From: Xanthobacteraceae bacterium
GTDB lineage: Bacteria > Pseudomonadota > Alphaproteobacteria > Rhizobiales > Xanthobacteraceae
NCBI GenBank assembly: GCA_039808365.1
Contig: JBDHSX010000002.1
Location: forward strand, 21,580 to 85,579
Length of the DNA: 64,000 nucleotides
Reading direction: 5' to 3'
Shown piece by piece: positions 49,464 through 60,699 of this stretch. The notes beneath the pieces were generated by a model. It was not told the DNA's origin. It ran no database searches and was given only the letters and a program-made list of their open reading frames with translations. Numbering within the stretch: position 1 is the stretch's first letter; the number at the start of each line of letters is the position of its first letter. Both the position numbers and the translations under genes were made by a program.

Positions 49464-50786
49464 TCAGAAGCCCTCGCGCAGCCATTGACCGACCTTGCCG
49501 AAATAGCCGCCGGTTCCGGTTTTCAATGGCCGCACGTGACGCGGCTCGACGAATTCGAGGTGAGCATATTGCGGATAGACCAGAAGCCCGGCCGGCACCG
49601 CGAAGGACGCGCCCTTGGCTTCGTTGGGCAGCCGGCCGAAACCGAGCGGACGGCCGACCCGCACCGAGCGGCCGAGAATCCGCGTCGCCAGTTCCGGCAC
49701 GCCGGTGAGTTGCGAGGCGCCGCCGCTCAGCACGACTCTGGCGCGGGGCTCGGCGGCAAGCGGCGAAGCCTTCAGCCGGTCGCGCACCATTTCAAAAATC
49801 TCCTCGACGCGCTGCCGGATGATGTTGGCGATCGTCGCGCGCGACACCACCTGCGGAAAATCCTGCTCGTCCTCGGCCGCCGTCGGCACCGACATCAACT
49901 CGCGGGCGTCCGAACCGCCGGTCAACACCGTGCCATATAACGTCTTGATTCGCTCGGCGTCCGCAATGCACGCACCCAAGCCGCGCGCAAGATCCATGGT
50001 GACGTGCTGTCCGCCGACCGCGAAGCCGCCGGCATGCACGAAGCGGCCGCCCGACCAGATCGACATCGTCGTGGTGCCCGCGCCCATCTCGACCACGGCG
50101 GCGCCGAGATCGACCTCGTCGTCGGTCAGCACCGCGAGCCCCGACGCGTAGGGGCTCGCCACCATCGCCTCGACGTTGAGGTGACAGCGCTCCACCGCCA
50201 GCATCAGGTTCTTGGCGACGGTGGCGTCGGCGGTGACCACGTTCATGTCGACGCCGAACTGCCGCGCCACCATCCCGCGCGGATCGCGAATGCCCTTGAC
50301 GCCGTCGAGCGCGTAGCCGACCGGCAACGCATGGAGCACGGTGCGGCCGGCGGCGGTGGCGTGGCGCATGCCGGTCGCGGTGATGCGGACGACGTCGTCC
50401 GGCGCCACCGAGCCGCCGCGAATATCAGAGGCCGCCTCGATCAACTGCCCCTGCATACGGCCGGCGGAGACCGACAGCAGCACCGATTCGACCCGGACCT
50501 TGGCCATGCGCTCGGCGACCGCCACCGCGTGGCGCACCGCCTGCTCGCATTCGGTCATGTCGACCACCGCGCCGGCCTTGACGCCGCGCGATTGAATGTG
50601 GCTGTAGCCGATCAATTCCACCGCATGGGTGCGGCCGCGCAGCGCCTCGCTCGGCGGGCACGGCTTCAGCCGCGCGATCAGGCAGGCGATCTTGCTGGTG
50701 CCGATATCCAGCGAGGCGACCAGCGCCGTCCGGTTCTGCGGCATCGGGCGCGTCTTGGGCGTTTGATGGCGATCGAGAGTCGTCAT
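49464..50786 (-). CDS. ftsA: Cell division protein FtsA
   Basis: 440 aa with an actin-like ATPase fold (VASLDIGTSKIACLI, VVEMGAGTTTMSI). The start overlaps the ftsQ stop (ATGA). Confidence 0.95.
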   Translation of the reverse strand: MTTLDRHQTPKTRPMPQNRTALVASLDIGTSKIACLIARLKPCPPSEALRGRTHAVELIGYSHIQSRGVKAGAVVDMTECEQAVRHAVAVAERMAKVRVESVLLSVSAGRMQGQLIEAASDIRGGSVAPDDVVRITATGMRHATAAGRTVLHALPVGYALDGVKGIRDPRGMVARQFGVDMNVVTADATVAKNLMLAVERCHLNVEAMVASPYASGLAVLTDDEVDLGAAVVEMGAGTTTMSIWSGGRFVHAGGFAVGGQHVTMDLARGLGACIADAERIKTLYGTVLTGGSDARELMSVPTAAEDEQDFPQVVSRATIANIIRQRVEEIFEMVRDRLKASPLAAEPRARVVLSGGASQLTGVPELATRILGRSVRVGRPLGFGRLPNEAKGASFAVPAGLLVYPQYAHLEFVEPRHVRPLKTGTGGYFGKVGQWLREGF

Positions 50787-51781
50787 GCGTCGCCGGCCTT
50801 GCGTTTGGGCTTCTTGTCTTTGAGCATCTCGTCGCGCGCCTTGGCGGCGTCTTCCGACAGCCGCACCACCAGGCGATCCGGCAGCCGCGCGTCCACTGCG
50901 ACGATATCGCGGGTGAACAGCTTGTCGTCCTTGTCGAACTTCGACAGCGTCGCCAGCGCGATGCCGACGTCACGCTCCGGCAGGCGGATATCGAGGCCGT
51001 TGTGCAGACGCAGATTCCAGCGGCGCTCGCCGACGAACACCGCGGCGCGCACCAGCGGCTTGATCCGCGGGTAGCGATCCAACAGCGCGAGGAAATCCTT
51101 CGCGCGGGTCTCGGCGCCCTTGCCCACCACCAGCGGCAGCGTCGCGAACTTCTTGGCGACATAAGGTTCCAGCACCGCGCCGTCCTCGGCGATCACCGAG
51201 ACCTTGCCGTCCTGCTGCCACAAGGCGAACGGCGAACGTTCGGTGACGTCGATCTGCAACGTGCCGGGATAGAACTTCAGCACGGTGGCGTCCGCGATCC
51301 ACGGATTCGCCATCAGTTTCGCGCGCACCACGGCGGCATCGAGGAACAACAGCGAGGAGCGGCCGTTGACGCCGCCGATCGCCAGCACTTCGTCCTGGCT
51401 GAGCTGCTTGCGGCCGTTGATGGCGACGCCGGTGATGCGGAAGCCGGCGGCGTTGGCCACCGCGTTGCGCGCGTCGCTCAATCCGGTGGTGACTTCTTCC
51501 AGATGACCGCCCTTGACGACGCCGAACACCGCGCTGCCGCACAGGATGGCGAGGGTCGCGGCGATGCCGGCCCGGCGCGGCACGCGCCGCTCGATGAAAA
51601 CGAACAGCGGATGATGGCTCGACGGCGGCGGCCTGCGCGCCGCCGGGGGCGGTGTCCGCCGCCGCATCGCGCCGGCCAGCCATGCGCGCAGCAGGATGGC
51701 CGCGCCGAGGGCGGCGGCTTTCAGATCAGTTTGGGGCCTCGGCAGTCTCACCGACCGAGCGAGGCGTCCTCCACCATCCAT
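50783..51781 (-). CDS. ftsQ: Cell division protein FtsQ
   Basis: Basic N-terminus, single TM (AGIAATLAILCGSAVFGV), POTRA domain (FRITGVAINGRKQLSQDEV) and FtsQ domain. The start may be the internal Met at 51667, because the long form overlaps ddl by 34 nt. Confidence 0.85.
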   Translation of the reverse strand: MDGGGRLARSVRLPRPQTDLKAAALGAAILLRAWLAGAMRRRTPPPAARRPPPSSHHPLFVFIERRVPRRAGIAATLAILCGSAVFGVVKGGHLEEVTTGLSDARNAVANAAGFRITGVAINGRKQLSQDEVLAIGGVNGRSSLLFLDAAVVRAKLMANPWIADATVLKFYPGTLQIDVTERSPFALWQQDGKVSVIAEDGAVLEPYVAKKFATLPLVVGKGAETRAKDFLALLDRYPRIKPLVRAAVFVGERRWNLRLHNGLDIRLPERDVGIALATLSKFDKDDKLFTRDIVAVDARLPDRLVVRLSEDAAKARDEMLKDKKPKRKAGDA

Positions 51782-52674
51782 TGCACGAGCTCGTCAAAGG
51801 TTGTGCCCGCGTGCGCCGCGAGCTCCGGCACAAGTGACGTCTCGGTCATGCCGGGCTGGGTGTTCACCTCAAGACAGATGAGGCCCCCCGTTCCCTCGAT
51901 GCGATCGTCGTAGCGGAAATCCGCCCGGCTCACGCCCCGGCAGCCGAGCGCAACATGCGCCGCCAGCGTTAACCTTCGGACTTCCTGGTAAACAAATGGT
52001 AAAATCGGCGCGGGCAGGATGTGTTTTGACGCGCCCGGTGAATACTTTGCCTCGTAATCGTAGAACCGGACCTGCGGCACGATCTCGATCACGCCGGTCG
52101 CTTCCCCCTTGACAACCGCGCAGGTCAGTTCCTTGCCGGCGACGTATTTCTCCACCAGAAGCCGGTCGCCATGCGGCCAGTCCTCGCGGAACAATTCCTG
52201 CGGCGGATGGGCGTGGGCCTCGGTGACGATGAAGACGCCGACGCTGGAACCGTCCGCCACCGGCTTGATGACATAGGGCGGTTCCATCACGTGGCCCTTG
52301 GCGATCTCGGCGCGCGACAGCGTCAGCCCCTTGGCCACCGGGATGCCGGCGGCGGCCATCACCGTCTTGGCGAGATCCTTCTGCATCGCCAGCGACGAGG
52401 CCAGCACGCCGGAGTGGCTGTAGGGGATGGCGAGCGTTTCCAGAATGCCCTGGATGGTGCCATCCTCGCCGGGCCGGCCGTGCAGCATCATCAGCGCGAC
52501 ATCGGGCTTCACCGCCGTCAACACCGACGCGATGTCGCGAGTGACGTCGATGCGGGTGACGCGATAGCCGCGCCGCTCGGCCGCGTCGGCGCACGCCTTG
52601 CCCGACCGCAGGCTGACCTCGCGCTCCGACGACCAGCCGCCGAGCAACACCGCCACATGTTTCGAACCGCTCAT
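51748..52674 (-). CDS. ddl: D-alanine--D-alanine ligase
   Basis: Starts MSGSKHVAVLLGGWSSEREVSL, with a GGAGGTG SD. Has LHGRPGEDGTIQGILE and an ATP-grasp C-terminal half (EVNTQPGMT). Confidence 0.93.
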   Translation of the reverse strand: MSGSKHVAVLLGGWSSEREVSLRSGKACADAAERRGYRVTRIDVTRDIASVLTAVKPDVALMMLHGRPGEDGTIQGILETLAIPYSHSGVLASSLAMQKDLAKTVMAAAGIPVAKGLTLSRAEIAKGHVMEPPYVIKPVADGSSVGVFIVTEAHAHPPQELFREDWPHGDRLLVEKYVAGKELTCAVVKGEATGVIEIVPQVRFYDYEAKYSPGASKHILPAPILPFVYQEVRRLTLAAHVALGCRGVSRADFRYDDRIEGTGGLICLEVNTQPGMTETSLVPELAAHAGTTFDELVQWMVEDASLGR

Positions 52675-52801
52675 TCGCCACCTCCCTGCCGGAGAATCCT
52701 CCTTACGCTGATTTGCGTTCGTGACCAAATCGCGCATGGCGCGCTATGGTCGAAGCCAGATAAGACGATTCGAGGGTCGGGCCTCGAATAAGGAATTTTC
52801 G

Positions 52802-53575
52802 ATGATCAGAGCCTGGCTCGACATGCCGCCGGCGGGAATCTTTGTGACGCTCGCCGTCCTCTATTTCGGGATGGCGGCGATCCTGGCGGGCGTGGCTTTC
52901 GCCTCGCCGGCGCGGCGGCCGATCCAGATGCTGCACGGCGTAGTCGCGCCGTTTTTCAACGCGGTCGCGATCCTGTTCGCGCTGCTGACCGGCTTTCTCG
53001 CCAACGACATCGGCGACCGCAGCCGTATGGCGAACCGCACCGTCCACTCCGAGGCTGGCGAACTGCGCAACATCCATACGCTGAGCGTCGCCGCGGCTTC
53101 GGATATGAAGACCATCCGCGTCGCGTTGAAAACCTATGCCGCCTCCATCGTCGCGGAGGAATGGCCGGCGATGCACGACTTCAAATCCGCGCCCGGCACC
53201 GCGACGGCCTATGACAACCTGCTGCGCGAGGTCAGCCAGCCGGGACTCTCGCGCGCGTCGGGACAGGCCGTGCATTCGGCGTTGCTGAACGCGACGGTGC
53301 ATGCGGGCACGCTACGCAACGCCCGGCTGGCGGTGGCCGGCGACTTGACCAACGACCTCAAATGGCTGGTGGTGATCGTGCTCGGCCTGTTCACGCAAGT
53401 GGCGATCGGTCTCGTGCATCTCGAACGTCCGCGCGCCTTCGTCGCGGCGCTGGTCGTCTTTTCCAGCGCGGTGGTGATTACCCTCGGCATCATCGCGCTC
53501 CAGGAATATCCGTTCAGCGGCACATTCCGGGTCTCGCCCTTACCGATCGAGAATATCCAGAAATTGAGTGATTGA
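52802..53575 (+). CDS. Hypothetical membrane protein (2 TM - soluble domain - 2 TM; architecture reminiscent of DUF4239)
   Basis: Starts MIRAWLDMPPAGIFVTLAVLYFGMAAILAGVAF, with an AAGGA SD. C-terminal TM pair is WLVVIVLGLFTQVAIGLV / FVAALVVFSSAVVITLGIIAL. The family assignment is from memory and not certain. Confidence 0.65.
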   Translation: MIRAWLDMPPAGIFVTLAVLYFGMAAILAGVAFASPARRPIQMLHGVVAPFFNAVAILFALLTGFLANDIGDRSRMANRTVHSEAGELRNIHTLSVAAASDMKTIRVALKTYAASIVAEEWPAMHDFKSAPGTATAYDNLLREVSQPGLSRASGQAVHSALLNATVHAGTLRNARLAVAGDLTNDLKWLVVIVLGLFTQVAIGLVHLERPRAFVAALVVFSSAVVITLGIIALQEYPFSGTFRVSPLPIENIQKLSD

Positions 53576-53576
53576 T

Positions 53577-54500
53577 CTACGCCCGCGCCACCCCGACGCG
53601 CTTGATCTCCCAGTGCAGGTCGATGCCCGAATGCGCCTTCACCCGCGCGCGCACCGTCTCGCCCAGCGTCTCGATGTCCTGCGCGGTGGCCTCGCCGGTG
53701 TTGATGAGGAAGTTGCAGTGCATTTCGGAGACCTGCGCGCCGCCGACGCGCAAGCCCCGGCAGCCGGCGGCGTCGATCAGTTTCCAGGCGCTGTGACCCG
53801 GCGGGTTCTTGAAGGTCGAGCCGCCGGTTTTCTCGCGGATCGGCTGCGCGGTCTCGCGATGGGCCTGCACCGCCTGCATCCGCGCCCGGATCGTCTCGGC
53901 ATCCGTGGGCGCGCCGCGAAACCGCGCCGAGGTGAACACGAATGACGGGTCGATGCCGCTATTGCGATAGGTGAAGGCCATCGCGGCGTTGTCAAAGCGA
54001 TGCCGCGCGCCGTCGCGCGCCACCGCCGTCGCCTCGACCAGACTGTCGCGGATTTCGCCGCCGTTGGCGCCGGCGTTCATCCGCAGCGCGCCGCCGATGC
54101 TGCCGGGGATGCCGAACAGGAATTCGAGGCCGCCGAGACCCGCCGCCGCCGCCGCTTCCGCCACCCGCTTGTCGAGCGCCGCAGCGCCAGCGTGGACGAT
54201 GTCACCCTCGACACGAACCTCACCGAAACCGCGCGGCGACAGCCGGATCACCACACCGAGCAGGCCGCCGTCGCGCACGATCAGGTTCGAGCCGACGCCG
54301 ATGCAATAGACCGGAATGTCCGCGCGCAACCGCGCCAGGAAGTAAGCGAGATCGTCGGCATCGGCCGGCGTGAACAGCGCCTGCGCCGGCCCGCCGACGC
54401 GAAACCAGGTGAGCGGCGCCAGCGGCTCGTTACCGAGCAGCCGCCCGCGCAGCTCGGGCATCGCCGCGCGCAGGTCGGGAACGATATCGGGGAAAGTCAT
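53577..54500 (-). CDS. murB: UDP-N-acetylenolpyruvoylglucosamine reductase
   Basis: Starts [22 protein letters not shown]. Has the FAD-binding TWFRVGGPA...[12 protein letters not shown] and C-terminal [18 protein letters not shown]. The ATG overlaps the upstream amidotransferase stop (ATGA). Confidence 0.92.
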   Translation of the reverse strand: MTFPDIVPDLRAAMPELRGRLLGNEPLAPLTWFRVGGPAQALFTPADADDLAYFLARLRADIPVYCIGVGSNLIVRDGGLLGVVIRLSPRGFGEVRVEGDIVHAGAAALDKRVAEAAAAAGLGGLEFLFGIPGSIGGALRMNAGANGGEIRDSLVEATAVARDGARHRFDNAAMAFTYRNSGIDPSFVFTSARFRGAPTDAETIRARMQAVQAHRETAQPIREKTGGSTFKNPPGHSAWKLIDAAGCRGLRVGGAQVSEMHCNFLINTGEATAQDIETLGETVRARVKAHSGIDLHWEIKRVGVARA

Positions 54501-55195
54501 GCGACCACCTGCGCGAGCCAGTCGCCGAGCACGCGCCGGCCGGCGGCGGCCGTCGCCGCGCCGCTGCGCGCGGCCTGCGCGCGCAGCATGGAGGGCGCCA
54601 GTCCCGCCCTCGCGAGTTCGACGGCATGACCGATCAGCCAGCGCTCCAGTTGCGCCGGTTCGGTTTCGATATGAAATTGCAGGCCGAGCGCGTGTGCGCC
54701 GACGGCGAACGCCTGCACCGGGCAAGCCCGGGTGAAGGCGAGCCGCTCCGCGCCATCCGGCAGGTCGAGATTGTCGCCATGCCAGTGCAGCACGTCCACC
54801 CCGGCGAGCGGCGCGAGAACGGAGCGCCGGCCCGCGTCGGTGAATTCGAGCGGCGCGTAGCCGATCTCCTTGGCGGGACCGGGCGCGACGCGCGCACCGA
54901 GCGCCGCCGCCATCAACTGCGCGCCAAGGCAGATCCCAAGCGTCGGCCGGCGCGCCGCCAAACGGGCGCGCAGCATCGCGATCTCACCGGCGAGAAACGG
55001 ATACTCGTCGGCTTCATACACGCCGATGGGACCACCGAGCACCACAACCAGCCCGGCCTCGTTCAGCGCCCGCGCATCCAGCGGATCGATGCCCGCATCG
55101 AGATAGGACACATCCACGCCGCGCGCCGCGAGAAGATCGCCCAGCAGACCGGCGTCCTCGAAAGCCAGATGGCGCAGCGCCAGACAAGTCGTCAT
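54497..55195 (-). CDS. Class-I (triad) glutamine amidotransferase domain protein, stand-alone
   Basis: 232 aa with the nucleophile elbow [12 protein letters not shown] (Cys) and the His-x-Glu pair in GLQFHIE. It has 4-nt overlaps with murC upstream (55192-55195) and murB downstream (54497-54500). Confidence 0.85.
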   Translation of the reverse strand: MTTCLALRHLAFEDAGLLGDLLAARGVDVSYLDAGIDPLDARALNEAGLVVVLGGPIGVYEADEYPFLAGEIAMLRARLAARRPTLGICLGAQLMAAALGARVAPGPAKEIGYAPLEFTDAGRRSVLAPLAGVDVLHWHGDNLDLPDGAERLAFTRACPVQAFAVGAHALGLQFHIETEPAQLERWLIGHAVELARAGLAPSMLRAQAARSGAATAAAGRRVLGDWLAQVVA

Positions 55196-56604
55196 CGCGG
55201 ATTGTCCAGCGCCTTCAGTTCACCCGGCAGCGCGTAGGCCCATTGCGTGATGTTGCCGGCACCGAGGCAGACGACATAGTCGCCGGGCTTCGCCACGCCG
55301 CGCACCACGGCGGCCAGCGCCGCCGCGCTCGGCAGCGCGATCACCTCGCGATGGCCGTGCGCGCGCAGGCCGAGCACGAAACTGTCGCGGTCGATGCCGG
55401 GGATCGGCGCCTCGCCGGCGGCATAGACATCGGCGACGACCACCGTGTCGGCGTCGTTGAAACAGGTGCAGAAATCCTCGAACAGCGATTGCAGCCTGGT
55501 GTAGCGATGCGGCTGCACCACCGCGATCACCTTGCCGGCGGTGGAGTCGCGCGCGGCCCGCAGCACCGCGGCGATCTCGACCGGGTGATGGCCGTAATCG
55601 TCGATGATGGTGACGCCGTTCCATTCGCCGGTGCGGGTGAAGCGCCGCTTGACGCCGCCGAAGCCGGCCAGCGCGGTGCGGATCGCGGCGTCGGAAATGC
55701 CCAGTTCGTGCGCCACCGCGATCGCCGCCGTGGCGTTCAGCGCGTTATGGCGGCCCGGCATCGGCAGCACCAGATCAGTAATCTCATGCGTGGTCTCGGC
55801 CTTGCGATCGCGGAACGCGACCTTGAAGCTTGAGCCGCCATTCGACGCCTTGAGGTCGATCAGCAGGACGTCGGCTTGCGGATTGGCGCCGTAGGTGATG
55901 ATGCGGCGATCCTCGATCTTGCCGACCAGCGCCTGCACCACCGGATGATCGATGCACATCACCGCGAAGCCGTAGAACGGCAGGCTCTCGACGAAATTGC
56001 GGAAGGCATCCTGCACCGCCTCGAAAGTCTTGAAGTGATCGAGGTGCTCGGGATCGACATTGGTGACGATGGCGACGTCGACCGGCAGCTTGAGGAAGGT
56101 GCCGTCGCTCTCGTCGGCCTCCACCACCATCCAGTCGCCGCTGCCGAGCCGCGCATTGGTGCCGTAGGCGTTGATGATGCCGCCGTTGATGACGGTGGGA
56201 TCGAAATCGCCGGCGTCGAGCAGGGTCGCCACCATCGAGGTCGTCGTGGTCTTGCCATGGGTGCCGGCGATGGCGACGCAGCTTTTCAGCCGCATCAGTT
56301 CGGCCAGCATTTCGGCGCGGCGCACCACCGGAATGCGCTGCGCGCGCGCCGCCAGCAGTTCGGGGTTGTCGCGCTTGATCGCGGTGGAGACCACCAGCAC
56401 GTCGGCGCCGGCGATATTCTCGGCCTTGTGGCCGACGGTGACCTTGATGCCCTTGTCGCGGAGGCGAACGACATTGGCCCCCTCGGCGGCGTCGGAGCCT
56501 TGCACGGTATAGCCGAGATTGTTCAGCACCTCGGCGATACCGCTCATGCCGATGCCGCCGATGCCGACAAAGTGGATGGGTCCGATCTCGCGCGGCAGTC
56601 TCAT
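55192..56604 (-). CDS. murC: UDP-N-acetylmuramate--L-alanine ligase
   Basis: Starts [28 protein letters not shown]-loop is [13 protein letters not shown]. The ORF-track extension to 56652 runs into a repeat hairpin. Confidence 0.95.
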   Translation of the reverse strand: MRLPREIGPIHFVGIGGIGMSGIAEVLNNLGYTVQGSDAAEGANVVRLRDKGIKVTVGHKAENIAGADVLVVSTAIKRDNPELLAARAQRIPVVRRAEMLAELMRLKSCVAIAGTHGKTTTTSMVATLLDAGDFDPTVINGGIINAYGTNARLGSGDWMVVEADESDGTFLKLPVDVAIVTNVDPEHLDHFKTFEAVQDAFRNFVESLPFYGFAVMCIDHPVVQALVGKIEDRRIITYGANPQADVLLIDLKASNGGSSFKVAFRDRKAETTHEITDLVLPMPGRHNALNATAAIAVAHELGISDAAIRTALAGFGGVKRRFTRTGEWNGVTIIDDYGHHPVEIAAVLRAARDSTAGKVIAVVQPHRYTRLQSLFEDFCTCFNDADTVVVADVYAAGEAPIPGIDRDSFVLGLRAHGHREVIALPSAAALAAVVRGVAKPGDYVVCLGAGNITQWAYALPGELKALDNPR

Positions 56605-56626
56605 GTCATTTAACCCGTCAGTTTGC

Positions 56627-56748
56627 GTCATGCCCGCGCTTGTCGCGGGCATCCACGCCTTCTATCTGATTCAGCCAAGACGTGGATGGCCGGAACATAG
56701 GCGAGCGAAGCGACGCCGTTCTTCGAACGGCTGTGTCCGGCCACGACG
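56627..56748. repeat. Composite palindromic repeat in the murG-murC spacer
   Basis: Three hairpins: gtcatgcccgcgcttgtcgcgggcatcc; catccacg...cgtggatg; ggccggaaca...tgtgtccggcc. The element ends ccacgacg. Confidence 0.7.
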
Positions 56749-56779
56749 TCCAAGTCAAGGGATTGTCCGAACCGGAGGA

Positions 56780-57877
56780 CTAAATTCCCGCCACCTTCGT
56801 CACCAGATCGGCCAGCCGTTCGGCCGCGTCCGGCTTGCCGATGCCGCGCGCGCTGGCGGCCATGGCCGCGAGGCGCGCCGGCTCCGCCGCCAGCGCGGAG
56901 ATCTCCGCCGCCAGCCGGTCCGGCGTGAATTCGGACTGCGGAATCCGGATCGCGCCGCCGGCCTCGGCCAGCACGCCGGCATTGGCGAACTGGTCCTGAT
57001 CGAGCGCGCCGGGCAGCGGCACCAGGATCGACGGCCGCCCGATGGCGCCGAGTTCCGCCACGGTGGTCGCGCCGGAGCGTGAAATCACCAGATGGCTCGA
57101 AGCCAGCCGCGACGGCAGGTCGGCGAAGAACGGAGCCAGTTCGGCATCGATCTTGAGCCGGTCATAGATGGCGCGCACGCGCGGCATGTCCTCCTCGCGC
57201 ACCTGCTGCGTCAGCTTGAGCCGCGGCCACAACGCCGGCTCCAGCCGCTCGATCGCGGGGGGCACGATATCCGACATCACCCGCGCGCCCTGGCTGCCGC
57301 CGACCACCAAGAGGCGCAGGCGCTCGTTGGGCCGGGGCGCCTCGAACGGCATCGCCGCCGCGAGTACCGCCGGCCGCAGCGGCGTCCCGGTCACGGTGGT
57401 TTTCGCCGCGAGCGTCGGGTCGCGATCCAGCACGCCGGGCAGCGAGGTGGCGATGGCGTTGACCCGCGCCGCCAGCAGGCGATTGGCGCGACCCAGCACG
57501 GCGTTGGAATCATGAATCAGCGTCGGCACGCCAATGAGGCGCGCCGCGAACAGCGGCGGCAGGGTCGGATAGCCGCCGAAGCCGATCACCGCGGCGGGAC
57601 GCAAGCGGCGGATCAGTTTGAGCGCGGCCATGGTGCCGGCGGCGAGCGTCAGCCCGGTTTTCGCCAGCGCCAGAGGGGAGCGCCCGCGCACCGTCGCGCT
57701 CGGCACGACGTGAAGCGTTTCCCCGGAGAACAGTCCGCTGAAGCGAAGCGCGCGGTCGTCGGTGACGAGTTGCGCGCGCAGCCCGCGCCGCATCAGCGCC
57801 GCGCCCAGCGCCTCGGCGGGAAACAGATGGCCGCCGGTGCCGCCCGCCGCCAGCAGGATGAGAGGGGCGTCGCTCAT
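56780..57877 (-). CDS. murG: Undecaprenyldiphospho-muramoylpentapeptide beta-N-acetylglucosaminyltransferase
   Basis: Starts MSDAPLILLAAGGTGGHLFPAEAL, the GT28 N-terminal Gly-rich motif. The C-terminal domain has SRSGATTVAELGAIGRPSILVP. Confidence 0.93.
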   Translation of the reverse strand: MSDAPLILLAAGGTGGHLFPAEALGAALMRRGLRAQLVTDDRALRFSGLFSGETLHVVPSATVRGRSPLALAKTGLTLAAGTMAALKLIRRLRPAAVIGFGGYPTLPPLFAARLIGVPTLIHDSNAVLGRANRLLAARVNAIATSLPGVLDRDPTLAAKTTVTGTPLRPAVLAAAMPFEAPRPNERLRLLVVGGSQGARVMSDIVPPAIERLEPALWPRLKLTQQVREEDMPRVRAIYDRLKIDAELAPFFADLPSRLASSHLVISRSGATTVAELGAIGRPSILVPLPGALDQDQFANAGVLAEAGGAIRIPQSEFTPDRLAAEISALAAEPARLAAMAASARGIGKPDAAERLADLVTKVAGI

Positions 57878-57904
57878 GATCGCTCGCAATGACGATCCAT
57901 GTCC

Positions 57905-59056
57905 CTACGCATAGGCTTGCGCCGCGTTGATATCGCCGATCGACGCCATTTCGGTCGAGGGCCGCTGCCGCGTCAGCGCCAGCATCATGCCGACGCCGTA
58001 GGCCAGCGACACCATCGACGAACCGCCGTAGGAAATGAACGGCAGCGTCATGCCCTTGGCGGGAATGAGGTGCAGGTTCACCGAGATGTTGATCGCGGCC
58101 TGCACGCCGAACAGGATCGCCAGGCCCGACGCCGCGAACCGCGTGAACAGATCCTCGTTGGCATAGGCGCGCGACAGCGTGCGCAGCACGATGAAGGCGA
58201 ACAGCCCGGCCAGCGCCAGACAGAAGATGATGCCGAATTCCTCGGCGGCCACCGCGAAGACGAAATCGGTATGGCTATCGGGAAGGATGCGTTTCACCGT
58301 GCCCTCGCCCGGACCGACGCCGAACCAGCCGCCGTGCAGGAACGATTCCATCGCAGTGTCGACCTGAAACGTATCGCCCGAGGCCGGGTCCATGAACCGC
58401 TTGATGCGCGCGGCGACGTGCGGCACCAGGAGATAAGCGCCGAACAGTCCGGCCGCGGCAGAGCCGGCGAGGCCGAACACCCAGACCATCCGCATGCCCG
58501 CGATGAAGAACAGCGCGCCCCACACCATCAGGATCAGCATGGTCTGGCCGAAATCCGGCTCCAATACCAGGAGCGTCACCAATCCGAGCAGCGCCGCCAG
58601 CGCCATCGAGGTCGCCGGCATCTCGGGCCGCCGCGCCGATTCCGAAAACAGCCACGCCACCACCACGACGAAGGCCGGCTTGGCGGATTCGGACGCCTGA
58701 ATATTGACGCCGAGAATGGTGATCCAGCGCCGCGCGCCCTTCACTTCCGCGCCGAACATCAGGGTGACGACGATCAAGGCGACGCTGATCACCAGCACGA
58801 TCAGCGCGCTGCGCCGGATCTGCCGTGGCGACAGGAACGACACCGTCAGCATCACGATCAGCGACGGCAGCAGAAACATCACATGGCGGTTGAAGAAGTG
58901 AAACGGATCGAGCCCGATGCGGGTCGCCACCGACGGGCTCGCCGCCAGCGACAGGATGACGCCGCACAGGATCAGCAGCACGAACGCGCCGAGCAACAGC
59001 CGGTCGACGGTCCACCACCATTCGGAAAGCGGCGTGCGTTGTTCGCGTGAAATCAT
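57905..59056 (-). CDS. ftsW: SEDS-family peptidoglycan glycosyltransferase FtsW
   Basis: Starts MISREQRTPLSEWWWTVDRLLL. It is a 10-TM protein with the SEDS motifs EPDFGQ and LPFISYGGSS. Confidence 0.92.
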   Translation of the reverse strand: MISREQRTPLSEWWWTVDRLLLGAFVLLILCGVILSLAASPSVATRIGLDPFHFFNRHVMFLLPSLIVMLTVSFLSPRQIRRSALIVLVISVALIVVTLMFGAEVKGARRWITILGVNIQASESAKPAFVVVVAWLFSESARRPEMPATSMALAALLGLVTLLVLEPDFGQTMLILMVWGALFFIAGMRMVWVFGLAGSAAAGLFGAYLLVPHVAARIKRFMDPASGDTFQVDTAMESFLHGGWFGVGPGEGTVKRILPDSHTDFVFAVAAEEFGIIFCLALAGLFAFIVLRTLSRAYANEDLFTRFAASGLAILFGVQAAINISVNLHLIPAKGMTLPFISYGGSSMVSLAYGVGMMLALTRQRPSTEMASIGDINAAQAYA

Positions 59057-59181
59057 GGCGGGTCCTGCGGGCGGATCACCGCCCATTGGTCCCCCATCAT
59101 GGTTGCCGAACCGTTAACGGACCGCGAACAATTATCGTGATGACTTATAGCGTTTCATGCTTTGACGGAAACACCCGGAGG

Positions 59182-59258
59182 CGTCATTGCCGGGCTTGAC
59201 CCGGCAATCCATCATTCTTTTGAGTGGATGGATGCGCGGATCAAGTCCGCGCATGACG
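59182..59258. repeat. Composite palindromic repeat in the murD-ftsW spacer
   Basis: cgtcattgccgggcttgacccggcaatcc plus gatgcgcggatcaagtccgcgcatgacg. The second module is identical to 2338-2365. Confidence 0.75.
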
Positions 59259-59288
59259 ACTGATAATTCCGTCGACGGCGGAAAGCCT

Positions 59289-60692
<1,404 letters not shown>

Positions 60693-60699
60693 GACGCCG

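Noticed and set aside
54480-54550. Apparent compensating +1/-1 frameshifts when I hand-translated the murB start / amidotransferase end
   Set aside because: The supplied ORF track gives uninterrupted, motif-complete MurB and GATase frames through this stretch. The discrepancy is most likely my own misreading of homopolymeric/GGC-repeat runs, so I do not report it as a feature.
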